From Planctomycetota bacterium (GTDB lineage: Bacteria > Planctomycetota > UBA1135 > UBA2386), in the NCBI GenBank assembly GCA_965228735.1, contig OZ245838.1, positions 480,001-544,000 on the forward strand: a stretch of 64,000 bases of DNA. The letters are read 5' to 3'. The notes under the pieces are model-generated. The model was not told where the DNA came from and searched no databases. It saw only the letters and a program-made list of their open reading frames with translations. Position numbers and translations under genes: made by a program. This document shows, piece after piece, positions 21,120-30,275 of this stretch (position 1 is its first letter; each line of letters begins with the position of its first letter).

Positions 21120-21602
21120 ATGAATCTCACTCGGACTCCCCTGTTAGTGCTCACTCTCGTTGGCTGCGCGGCGCCGCCACCGCGACCGGGCACACCGCTT
21201 TCGAGCGACTCCGGTCTTCGCGAGGTCCGCATCGAGGCCCTCGGGCTCGAGTGACTGCCTTGAGTGAAAGCCGTCGAGGACGGCCTCCGGCGCCTGGACG
21301 GCGTCGAACGCATCAAGACCGACCTGCAGCGCAACCTCGTGACGATGACACCGGCGCGTCGTGTCGCGCCGGACCTGGCGTCGATCCCGCGCGTGATCGC
21401 GGAGGCCGGGTTTCGGCCTGGGCGCATGTGGATCACGGCGCACGGCGCGACCGAGGAGTTGGCCGCGGGCCAGCCGGGATTCCGCATCGATGGCTGGCCG
21501 GCAGGGCTGCCGCTCTCTGGTTCGACCGCCCGGGGGCGTCGCAAGATCGAGGGGCAGGTTGTCTACAGCGACGACGAGATACGGCTGCGGTTGCCTGAGT
21601 AG
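21120..21602 (+). CDS. HMA-domain lipoprotein, putative di-selenoprotein (UxxU; Sec at codons 45 and 48)
   Basis: MNLTRTPLLVLTLVGC...EVRIEALGLE-TGA-LP-TGA-VKAVEDGLRRLDGVERIKTDLQRNLVTMTP...IAEAGF. Both TGAs (21252, 21261) occupy the Cys positions of GxxCxxC. Confidence 0.8.
21270..21298 (+). promoter_or_regulatory. Putative SECIS-like hairpins
   Basis: GCCGUC-GAG-GACGGC (21270-21284) and UCCGG-CGC-CUGGA (21286-21298) directly after the UGA pair. Confidence 0.45.
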
Positions 21603-22007
21603 GTGCGAAGCAGCGGCTTGTCGATTGCTGCGCTCCACCGACCATCTCGATCCACTTGATGCCCCGCGCCGACGCCGTCGCACCGCCCGTGGAGATGCCC
21701 AGGTCGGGCCGACTGCGGCGAGGCCTGACCTGGAATACTCTTTGCTACTCGTTCTTCCATCGTAACCAAGCTTCGGACAACCCAGCGTCGGCACCGCGGC
21801 GAGGGCGATGGTCCGAACATTGGGTGGTCAGATTCTGGCGCCGGGACTCGACAGGTCCTGACGGCAGTTGAATCTGACTGCGTCGTTTCCGGGTATCAGA
21901 TGACAGAGCAGCGTGCACACGACCATGAAACACGGTTCGAATCGTTGAGTGTCGCGTATCACGATCCTCGGGCGTCCGCGGACACCCGCAGCTTGAAAGT
22001 CCCCTAG

Positions 22008-22406
22008 ATGTTGCCATCCCGCGTGTTCCTGATCTCGTTGTGTTGGGCGGCGGTCCTCTGGATCGGCGTCGCGGCGCAGCGCGGCGATGCGCAGCGCCTG
22101 GATAGCGCATGCGGCTCGATGAATGCCACGCCGTCTTCTTCGTGCTGCGGAGAGGAACGTGGCTGCTGCGAGATGGAGGGTGATTCGCAGCGGCTGTGTG
22201 GATGTGGCGAGTCGGACCCGGCGCCGCATCCGGCGATTCCGACTCCGAGTGGTCCGCAGGTCGCGCAGATTGCGCCAGATTGGACTTGGCCGCCGGTCGT
22301 CGTGCCGCCACGAGCAAGCGGTTCCGCGCCACTGGGAAGCGATCTGCCCATGGGGCTTCTGCCACGCGTCTCGCGGCAGAAGGCGCTCTCGGTCTGGCAC
22401 TGCTAG
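22008..22406 (+). CDS. Cys-rich hypothetical membrane/secreted protein upstream of efflux operon
   Basis: N-terminal hydrophobic helix, CC..CC..CGC cluster, Pro-rich tail ending SVWHC. Confidence 0.55.
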   Translation: MLPSRVFLISLCWAAVLWIGVAAQRGDAQRLDSACGSMNATPSSSCCGEERGCCEMEGDSQRLCGCGESDPAPHPAIPTPSGPQVAQIAPDWTWPPVVVPPRASGSAPLGSDLPMGLLPRVSRQKALSVWHC

Positions 22407-22451
22407 CAAGCCGAGTAGGGGCGGTCTGTACGGACCGAACCTACCGAGTTC

Positions 22452-23957
22452 GTGAGTGCGGCCTTCCAGGTCGCCTCGTCGCCCTTGGCCATTCCCGCCC
22501 GAGATCGATTCATGGGATTCGACCGCAACACCTACACCGTGAGCTGCCGGTTCGGCGCGCTCCTGGCACTGGCAGCCTTGACTGCCTGCTCTTCCTTCTA
22601 CTCCCTGTCGGACGAGGTGCAGCAGCGCATCGCCGAGGAGAGCGGCACGCTCGAGCTGAAGATCAGCGATCACGACGGCGTCCAGGATGCCGCTGCGAAG
22701 GCCATCCGCCGCGAGCTCCCGCTTCCCGAGGCCATCGAGATCAAACCGGACGCCAAGCTGCACGACTATGTGGCGCTGGCGCTTTCGCGCAACCCGCGGC
22801 TGCAGGCGCGGATTCGCGAAGTCGAGGCTCTGGGAATGCGCGTGCCGCAGGTGTCGTCCTTGAGCGACCCGACACTGTCACTGGTGCCGCCGACGGGCGA
22901 CATGGTGCAGACTGCCGGCGGCGAGATGGCGGGAGCGGTTGGCCTGAGCCAGGGCATCCCGTGGCCGGGCAAGCTCGAGGCCAAGGGGCGTGTGGCCGAG
23001 CAAGTGGTGCGGGTCGCGCTGTCCAATCTCGACACCGAACGCCTTCGAGTCGTGGCCGACGTCAAACGGGCGTACTTCGATCTCTACCGCGCGCAGGTAT
23101 CGATCGACGTGACCCGCGAGTTGGAAGCGCTACTGCAGCGCGTCCGCGATAGTGCGCAGGCGCGCGTTGCCGCGGGCACCACCAGCCAGCAGGACCTGTT
23201 GCGCACCGAGGTCGAGCTCTACGCGTTGACGAACTCGCGCATCGACTATGAGCAGGAGTTCCGTACCGCGATCGCTCGGCTCAACATCCTCATGGATCGA
23301 GCCGTCGACGCGGATCTGCCCCGGCCCGCACCGGTGGCTGCCGAGCCACTGCAGTGGCGGTTGCTCGGTCTGTTGCAGCGCGCCGACGAGACCAGCCCCC
23401 AGCTCGCGGCGTTGCGCCAGGTCGTCGAGCGCGACCTCGTTCGCGTGGAGCTCGCGAACCTGCAGTTCTACCCTGACCTCAGTATCGGCGGGTTGTTCAC
23501 GTTCATCATGAACGGCGGCCGCAGCCCGGTTGCGGACGGCAGCGACGTCTGGAGCCTCGGCCTCGGCGTCACGTTGCCGATCTGGTTCGACAAACTGGAG
23601 AGCGGCGTGCTGCAGCGCAACGCCGAGACGCTCGCCAGCGTGCTGCGCTACCGCGAGCGCCGCAACGATGTGTTGTTCGTGCTGCAGGAGCTGCTCGTGC
23701 GGGTGGACGCCGATTACCGCAAGGCAGTGTTGCTGCGTGACGGCATCCTGCCCCGGGCCGACCAGGCCGTGCGGGTCGCACAGAGTGGCTACGACGCCGG
23801 CACCGTCGACTTCGCGACACTGCTCGCGGGTTGGCGCCGGCTGTTCGAGCTCAGCCTCGACTACCACCGGGCGCTCGCGTCGCTCGAGCAGAACATCAGT
23901 GAAGTGGAATACGTCGCCGGTGGCGACATGCAGCGGCAGCAGCCGCCGGAGAAATGA
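22452..23957 (+). CDS. TolC/CusC-family outer membrane efflux lipoprotein
   Basis: Lipobox LTAC, ALSRNPRL, SQGIPWPGKL, coiled coils. True start may be downstream. Confidence 0.9.
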   Translation: MSAAFQVASSPLAIPARDRFMGFDRNTYTVSCRFGALLALAALTACSSFYSLSDEVQQRIAEESGTLELKISDHDGVQDAAAKAIRRELPLPEAIEIKPDAKLHDYVALALSRNPRLQARIREVEALGMRVPQVSSLSDPTLSLVPPTGDMVQTAGGEMAGAVGLSQGIPWPGKLEAKGRVAEQVVRVALSNLDTERLRVVADVKRAYFDLYRAQVSIDVTRELEALLQRVRDSAQARVAAGTTSQQDLLRTEVELYALTNSRIDYEQEFRTAIARLNILMDRAVDADLPRPAPVAAEPLQWRLLGLLQRADETSPQLAALRQVVERDLVRVELANLQFYPDLSIGGLFTFIMNGGRSPVADGSDVWSLGLGVTLPIWFDKLESGVLQRNAETLASVLRYRERRNDVLFVLQELLVRVDADYRKAVLLRDGILPRADQAVRVAQSGYDAGTVDFATLLAGWRRLFELSLDYHRALASLEQNISEVEYVAGGDMQRQQPPEK

Positions 23958-26299
23958 TCATGAAACCTGCCCCTGATTCGCCCACTACCGATCCGACTCC
24001 GGGTGCGCCGGAGCCCTCGCGGCGCCCGCCGAAAGCCTGGCGGACGTTCTTGCTGATCATGTTGCTGCTCGTGGTGGGCGGCACCATGTTGGCCGTCGGC
24101 CGTTCGTTCGGTGATCGCATCTACGCGACGCTCGGTCAGATCTGGCAGGACATCGCCGGCGCGCCGCCGGACGACGAAGGTGACGACTCCGGCAATACGT
24201 TCTTCACCTGCGGGATGCACCCGTGGGTCATCCTGCCAGCACCTGGGCTGTGTCCGATCTGCCACATGGACCTGACGCCGCTCGATGCGTCGAAGTTCAC
24301 CGGTGAGATCGCGATCGACCCCGTGCTCGCGCAGAACATCGGCGTGCGCACCGCGGTCGTCGATACGGGGCCGCTCGTCGCCACGGTTCGAACCGTGGGC
24401 AAGGTCGACTACGACGAGACCGGCCTGCACGACGTCAACCTGCGCGTAGCGGGCTGGATCGAAGAGCTGCACGTCGACTACCTCGGCACCGCCGTGACGA
24501 ACGAGCAGCCGCTGTTCGAGCTGTATTCGCCGGATCTGTACTCGGCGCAGCAGGACTACCTCCTCAGATACGAGCAGAAGGACTTGCCAGGGGTCTCGTT
24601 CGTGCCGCGGGTCGCCGAGGACGCTGCGAGCGCACTGCAGGCGGCGCGGACGCGGCTCACCTTCTACGGCATCGATGACAAACAGATCGCGGAGCTCGAG
24701 CGCGCAGGCGTACCGAGTAGGACCATGACGATCCGGAGTCCACAGCAGGGCACGGTGATCGAGAAGATGGCCGTGGACGGCATGCGGGTCGAGCCGGGGA
24801 TGCGGATGTATCGCATCGCCGATCTCGACAGGGTGTGGGTGACGGTGACGGTCTACGAGTACCAGCTGCCGTTCGTCGAGCTCGGACAGGAGGCGAGGAT
24901 GGTGCTGCCGTACGTCCCGGGGCAGGAGTTCACCGGTGAGGTCACCTACATCTACCCGTGGACCGACGAGAAGACCCGTCAGGTCAACGTGCGGCTGGAG
25001 TTCGACAACAACGACGGGCGACTCAAGCCAGGCATGTTCGCGAACATCGAGCTGCGGCGCACACTGGCCGCAGAGCGCACGCTCGTCAGTCGCTCGGCGG
25101 TCATCGACACCGGCGAGCGGCAGGTCGTACTCATGAGCCTCGGCGGTGGCCGCTTCGAGCCGCGCGAGCTGAAGCTCGGGATCGAGACCGAGGGCGGCTT
25201 GGTCGAGGTGCTGGAAGGTCTCGAGCCGGGCGAGCGGGTCGTCACCAGCGGGCAGTTCCTGCTCGACAGCGAGGCGAAGATCCGTGAGGGCCTGCTGCGC
25301 ATGTTGCGGGGGGACCTCGTCGGCAACGAATCGGCCGGCGACGGACCGGAGCTCGAGTCGCAGCCGCAGGCCCTTGCGGTCGCGTTGACCCGCGCGCTCG
25401 AGAGCTACGTCGTGATCGGCGACGAGCTGGCCAGCGACTCGGCTGCGGACATCGCCAAGTCGGCCGCGGACCTCGCGGCTGCGGTGGAGGAGGTCACCGG
25501 GGTATCGATCCCCGGCGATGAGCACTTCTGGCACAAGCACACCGAGGTCGCCGCGATTCGCGACAAGGCCACCGAGCTGCGAACGATGACGGATCTCGCT
25601 GCGGCGAGACTCGTGTTCTTCGATCTCAGCTCGGCCTTCGTCAAGTTGCTGCGTGCCACGGGGGTGCCACCGACCTACGAGCACGAGGTGCAGGAGCTGC
25701 ATTGCCCGATGTACCAGGAGGAGCGCGGGGGCGCGACCTGGGTTCAGCACGGTGGAAGCGTGCGCAATCCCTACTACGGCAGCGAGATGCTGGTCTGCTA
25801 CGACTCGCGGGAGACGTTGCCCGTGGCTGCGGAAGCCGGCGACACCGGCCCTGCGGCTGCAGCTGCTGCGGTGGACGAAGCGGCGATCGATGCGATCGTG
25901 ACGGTTTACCTCCGGGCTTCGGCAACGCTGGTAGAGGACCGCACCGATGGGCTCGATGCCGCATGGCACGAGTTGCACGAGCTGACCGCGCGCCTGTTCG
26001 ATGCTCCGGGTGCTGTCGCCGACCTCGCGCGCAAGGTGCGTGACGCCGTGCCGGGCACGGGGCTGAGTATCGAAGCGGCTCGCAAGGAGTTCGAAGGTCT
26101 CTCGGCTGCAGTGATCGAGCTCGTGCGCGTCGCGCCTGCGGGGCGTCCGCTCGAGCGTGCGTTCTGTCCGATGGTCGACGCGTCCTGGCTGCAGGCCGAG
26201 AAGTCGGTGAAGAACCCCTACATGGGGCAGGACATGCTCGAGTGCGGCAGCGTCAAGGAGACGCTGCCGGGCCGTCAAAACGGAGGGCAGGGCCGATGA
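23954..26299 (+). CDS. cusB: CusB-like RND membrane fusion protein with N-terminal heavy-metal-binding domain and two DUF3347-like C-terminal domains
   Basis: FTCGMHP...CPICHMDL; LYSPDL; LKPGMFA; GQFLLDSE; two CPM...W...NPY.G..ML.C modules. Confidence 0.88.
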   Translation: MIMKPAPDSPTTDPTPGAPEPSRRPPKAWRTFLLIMLLLVVGGTMLAVGRSFGDRIYATLGQIWQDIAGAPPDDEGDDSGNTFFTCGMHPWVILPAPGLCPICHMDLTPLDASKFTGEIAIDPVLAQNIGVRTAVVDTGPLVATVRTVGKVDYDETGLHDVNLRVAGWIEELHVDYLGTAVTNEQPLFELYSPDLYSAQQDYLLRYEQKDLPGVSFVPRVAEDAASALQAARTRLTFYGIDDKQIAELERAGVPSRTMTIRSPQQGTVIEKMAVDGMRVEPGMRMYRIADLDRVWVTVTVYEYQLPFVELGQEARMVLPYVPGQEFTGEVTYIYPWTDEKTRQVNVRLEFDNNDGRLKPGMFANIELRRTLAAERTLVSRSAVIDTGERQVVLMSLGGGRFEPRELKLGIETEGGLVEVLEGLEPGERVVTSGQFLLDSEAKIREGLLRMLRGDLVGNESAGDGPELESQPQALAVALTRALESYVVIGDELASDSAADIAKSAADLAAAVEEVTGVSIPGDEHFWHKHTEVAAIRDKATELRTMTDLAAARLVFFDLSSAFVKLLRATGVPPTYEHEVQELHCPMYQEERGGATWVQHGGSVRNPYYGSEMLVCYDSRETLPVAAEAGDTGPAAAAAAVDEAAIDAIVTVYLRASATLVEDRTDGLDAAWHELHELTARLFDAPGAVADLARKVRDAVPGTGLSIEAARKEFEGLSAAVIELVRVAPAGRPLERAFCPMVDASWLQAEKSVKNPYMGQDMLECGSVKETLPGRQNGGQGR

Positions 26300-29200
26300 T
26301 TGGCAAGGTCATCGATCTGTGCATTCGCAACCGGGTGATGGTCCTGCTGCTCACGGCGTTCGTCGTGTTCGGCGGCATCTACGCGATCCAGAACATCAAG
26401 GTCGACGCGATTCCCGACCTGTCGGACGTGCAGGTCGTGATCCGCACCGAGTACCCGGGCCAGGCTCCGCAGATCGTCGAAGACCAGGTCACGTATCCGC
26501 TGACGACGACGATGCTCGCGGTTCCGTACGCGAAGGTCGTGCGCGGCTACTCGATGTTCGGGTCGAGCTTCGTCTACGTGATCTTCGAGGACGGCACGGA
26601 TCTGTACTGGGCGCGCAGCCGCGTGCTCGAGCAGCTGAGTTTCGTGGCCGGCAAGCTGCCTTCAGGTGTGAGCCCGCAGCTCGGTCCGGATGCGACGGGT
26701 GTCGGCTGGGTCTATCAGTACTCCCTCGTGACGGGACCCTACAGTCCCGACCACCCGGGCGGGGCATACCACGATGAAGAGAACGACCGTTGGTATGCCG
26801 CTACTGACCTGCCGGAGCTGGCGGCCGACGTTCGGGACCGGCTCGTGCACCATCGCATCTTCGCGCGGCCCAAGACGGTCTACTACGACCGCACCGAGAA
26901 TCGCCGCTATGACGACATCGAGCGGGCGCCGGCCCGGGCGAAGAAGCGACTCGAACCGATCGAACTGGTGCGCGGCTTCACCGAGTGTCCGCTGAGCGGC
27001 GAGCCGCTGCGCGAGCCGGACGTCGATCTCGCCCAGCTCAGGTCCCTGCAGGATTGGTATCTGCGCTACGAACTCACCGCTCTCGAGGGGGTCAGCGAGA
27101 TCGCGGTGATGGGCGGGTTCGTCAAGCAGTACCAGGTTGTCGTCGACCCCGTGAAGCTGCTTGCGCTCGAGATGCCACTGTCGCGCGTCAAGCAGGCCGT
27201 GCGGCGCTCGAACGTCGACGTCGGCGGTCGGCTCATCGAGATGGCCGAGACCGAGTTCATGGTGCGCGGCATCGGCTATCTCGGATCGGTAAGCGACGCC
27301 GAGATCGAGACCGCGCGCGCGGCGGGCCGTTCGGTGGAGAAGCTGCGGACCGAGCGCGCGCTCGAGGAGCTGCGGAAGATCGCGCTCGGCGCGAATGCCC
27401 AAGGTGCCCCGATCTACCTGCGCGATGTCGCGGAAGTTCGGCTGGGGCCCGACATCCGGCGTGGGGTCGCCGACTGGAATGGCGAGGGCGAGACTGTCGG
27501 CGGGGTCGTCGTCATGCGATTCGGCGAGAACGCAAGCAAGACGATCGAGCGAGTGCGCGAGCGGCTGCAGGAGCTCGAGTCCGGCTTGCCGCCCGGTGTG
27601 GCGATTCGAACGGCCTACGACCGCAGCGACCTGATCGAACGGTCCGTGCACACTCTGACCGGCACGCTCATCGAGGAGATCCTCGTCGTCTCGTTGATCT
27701 GTATCTTGTTTCTGCTGCACGCGCGGAGCGCTCTGGTTGCCATGTTCGTGCTGCCGACGGGCGTGCTCGCGAGCCTGGCGGTGATGTATCTGCTCGACCT
27801 CAACGCCAATATCATGAGCTTGGGCGGTATCGCGATCGCGATCGGCGTCATGGTCGACAGCTCGATCATCATGGTCGAGAACGCCCACAAGCACTTCGAG
27901 CGCGACAAGCATCGCGTAGCCGCCGGCGGCACGCCGACTCCGCGCGCTGAGTTGATCGGCGAGGCGGCACGAGAAGTCGGCCCGAGCCTGTTCTTCAGCC
28001 TGCTGATCATCACCGTCAGCTTCCTGCCGGTGTTTGCACTGGGTGAGCAATCCGGGCGCTTGTTCAAGCCGCTCGCTTACACCAAGACGTTCGCGATGGC
28101 GGCCGCCGCCATCCTCGCGGTGACGATCATCCCGGTGCTAATGGTCTACTTCATCAGCGAGCGGGTCCTGCCCAAGGCCATGCCGCGCTGGCAGCGATGG
28201 GCGATCTACCTCGCATTCATGGGGCTGCCGGCCGCAGTCTTGGCCGTCGCCCCACTGGCGACGCTCGAGGCCTGGCGGCTCTGGCTCGTGATCGGATGGT
28301 TGGTCGTCGGGGGCCTCATCGTGCTGCCGCAGCGGATCCTGTCCGAAGAGCACAACCCCATCAGTCGGCTGCTCCAACGGATCTACGATCCGGCGTTCAC
28401 GTTCGTGATGCAGTTCCGCTGGAGCGTCCTGACGCTCGCCGTTGCGGTCGTGGCGTTGACGGCGTGGCCGCTCAGCAAGCTCGGCTCGGAGTTCATGCCG
28501 CCGCTCGAGGAGGGTGACCTGCTCTACATGCCGACCACCGACCCGGGGATCAGCGTCAACAAGGCGCGCGAACTGCTGCAACAGACCGACGCGCTGATCA
28601 TGGCGTTGCCGGAGGTGCAGAGCGTGCTGGGCAAGATCGGGCGCGCGGAGACGGCCACCGACCCGGCGCCGCCGAGCATGCTCGAGACGACGATCACGTT
28701 GCATCGCGACAAGAGCCTGTGGCGCACGAAGCCCGTGCTTCGCTTCTTCTCGGACTGGCCCGAGTGGGTCCGCGACCCGCTCCACGAGATCTGGCCACCC
28801 ACGGAGCCGATCACGGTCGACGAACTGGTCTACGGCTACGACTGGCCCGATGGCACGCACGTGCCGGGCCTCAACGAAGTCGTGCAGGTGCCCGGCTTGA
28901 CGAATGCCTGGACGATGCCGATCAAGACCCGCATCGACATGCTGTCGACCGGCATCAAGACGCCGGTCGGCATCAAGGTCATGGGGCCGGATCTCTCGAC
29001 ACTGGCGGACGTCTCGGAGCGGATCGCCGCCGCCGTGACGACCGCGAAGACGACCGGACCGTTCACGACGAGCGCGTTCCCCGAGAAGTCGGTAGGCGGT
29101 AGCTATCTCGATGTCCGCATCAATCGCGACGAGATCGCTCGCCACGGGCTGCTGATCGCCGACGTGCAGGACGTGATCATGAGCGCGATGGGGGGCATGA

Positions 29201-30120
29201 ACGTGACCTCGACGGTCGAGGGGCTCGAGCGCTACCCGGTCAATGTGCGTTACCCCCATGAGCTGCGCGACAACCTGCCCGCACTGCGGCAATCGCTGGT
29301 TGCGACTCCTGCCGGCGCGCAGGTGCCGCTCGGGCAGCTGGCGGAGTTCGAGGTCCACAAGGGCCCACCGATGGTCAAGAGCGAGAACGCTCGCCTGACC
29401 AGCTGGGTCTACGTCGATATCGCGGGTATCGACGTCGGGACCTACGTGCGCAACGCGCAGGCGGTGGTAGCCAAACAAGTCGAGCTGCCGCAGGGCTACT
29501 CGGTCGTGTGGTCGGGGCAGTTCGAGTACATGCAGGAAGCGAACAAGCGCTTGAGCATCGTGATTCCGATCGCGGCGGTGCTGATCGTGCTCTTGCTCTA
29601 CATGGCGACGCGATCCTGGCTGCGTGTCGGCATCGTGCTGCTGGCCGTTCCGTTCAGCCTGGTCGGAGCGATCTGGCTGCTCTGGTTCCTCGACTACAAC
29701 ATGTCGCTGGCGGTGTGGGTCGGGATCATCGCGCTCGCTGGACTCGACGCCGAGACCGGGCTCGTGATGCTGCTCTATCTCGACAATAGCTTCGAGCGGT
29801 TCAAGGCATCCGGTCGGATGCGGAACGCCGACGATCTGTGGTTCGCGATCCACGACGGTGCCGTGAAGCGCATCCGACCGAAGACCATGACCGTGATGAC
29901 GACGTTCATCGGCCTGGCCCCGTTGCTCTTCGCATCGGGCGCCGGTGCCGACACGATGCGGCGCCTTGCCGCTCCGATGATCGGCGGGCTGGCGACGAGT
30001 TTCATCATGGAGCTCCTGATCTATCCGGTGCTGTTCTTCCAGGCCAAGCGCCTGGCGATGCGCGGGACCTGGCGTGCCGCGGCGGGCGCCGCGCCAATGC
30101 CGACGAGGTCTTCTTCGTGA
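26296..30120 (+). CDS. cusA: CusA/SilA-family heavy metal efflux RND permease
   Basis: DAIPDLSDVQV, GPDATGVGWVYQY, GSEFMPPLEEGD, KTRIDMLSTG, GAVKRIRPKTMT. Confidence 0.93.
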   Translation: MIGKVIDLCIRNRVMVLLLTAFVVFGGIYAIQNIKVDAIPDLSDVQVVIRTEYPGQAPQIVEDQVTYPLTTTMLAVPYAKVVRGYSMFGSSFVYVIFEDGTDLYWARSRVLEQLSFVAGKLPSGVSPQLGPDATGVGWVYQYSLVTGPYSPDHPGGAYHDEENDRWYAATDLPELAADVRDRLVHHRIFARPKTVYYDRTENRRYDDIERAPARAKKRLEPIELVRGFTECPLSGEPLREPDVDLAQLRSLQDWYLRYELTALEGVSEIAVMGGFVKQYQVVVDPVKLLALEMPLSRVKQAVRRSNVDVGGRLIEMAETEFMVRGIGYLGSVSDAEIETARAAGRSVEKLRTERALEELRKIALGANAQGAPIYLRDVAEVRLGPDIRRGVADWNGEGETVGGVVVMRFGENASKTIERVRERLQELESGLPPGVAIRTAYDRSDLIERSVHTLTGTLIEEILVVSLICILFLLHARSALVAMFVLPTGVLASLAVMYLLDLNANIMSLGGIAIAIGVMVDSSIIMVENAHKHFERDKHRVAAGGTPTPRAELIGEAAREVGPSLFFSLLIITVSFLPVFALGEQSGRLFKPLAYTKTFAMAAAAILAVTIIPVLMVYFISERVLPKAMPRWQRWAIYLAFMGLPAAVLAVAPLATLEAWRLWLVIGWLVVGGLIVLPQRILSEEHNPISRLLQRIYDPAFTFVMQFRWSVLTLAVAVVALTAWPLSKLGSEFMPPLEEGDLLYMPTTDPGISVNKARELLQQTDALIMALPEVQSVLGKIGRAETATDPAPPSMLETTITLHRDKSLWRTKPVLRFFSDWPEWVRDPLHEIWPPTEPITVDELVYGYDWPDGTHVPGLNEVVQVPGLTNAWTMPIKTRIDMLSTGIKTPVGIKVMGPDLSTLADVSERIAAAVTTAKTTGPFTTSAFPEKSVGGSYLDVRINRDEIARHGLLIADVQDVIMSAMGGMNVTSTVEGLERYPVNVRYPHELRDNLPALRQSLVATPAGAQVPLGQLAEFEVHKGPPMVKSENARLTSWVYVDIAGIDVGTYVRNAQAVVAKQVELPQGYSVVWSGQFEYMQEANKRLSIVIPIAAVLIVLLLYMATRSWLRVGIVLLAVPFSLVGAIWLLWFLDYNMSLAVWVGIIALAGLDAETGLVMLLYLDNSFERFKASGRMRNADDLWFAIHDGAVKRIRPKTMTVMTTFIGLAPLLFASGAGADTMRRLAAPMIGGLATSFIMELLIYPVLFFQAKRLAMRGTWRAAAGAAPMPTRSSS

Positions 30121-30275
30121 TCAAAGCCGCACTGGCACCAACCTCTATGGTCCGCCGGGACGAAACGACAGATCTACCAAGGGCGTGTGTCCGGCCGCAG
30201 ACTCGTGGATTCCACCGGCTAGTAAAGCGCCCACGTCCCATATGTTGCTGCCCGCTCACACTCCCGACACTGCCC

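Noticed and set aside
14013..21602. Genome-wide TGA reassignment (code 4 or 25) as the explanation for in-frame TGAs
   Set aside because: TGA ends many clear genes here, often in ATGA/GTGA overlaps (e.g. 23954-23957, 26296-26299, 36088-36091).
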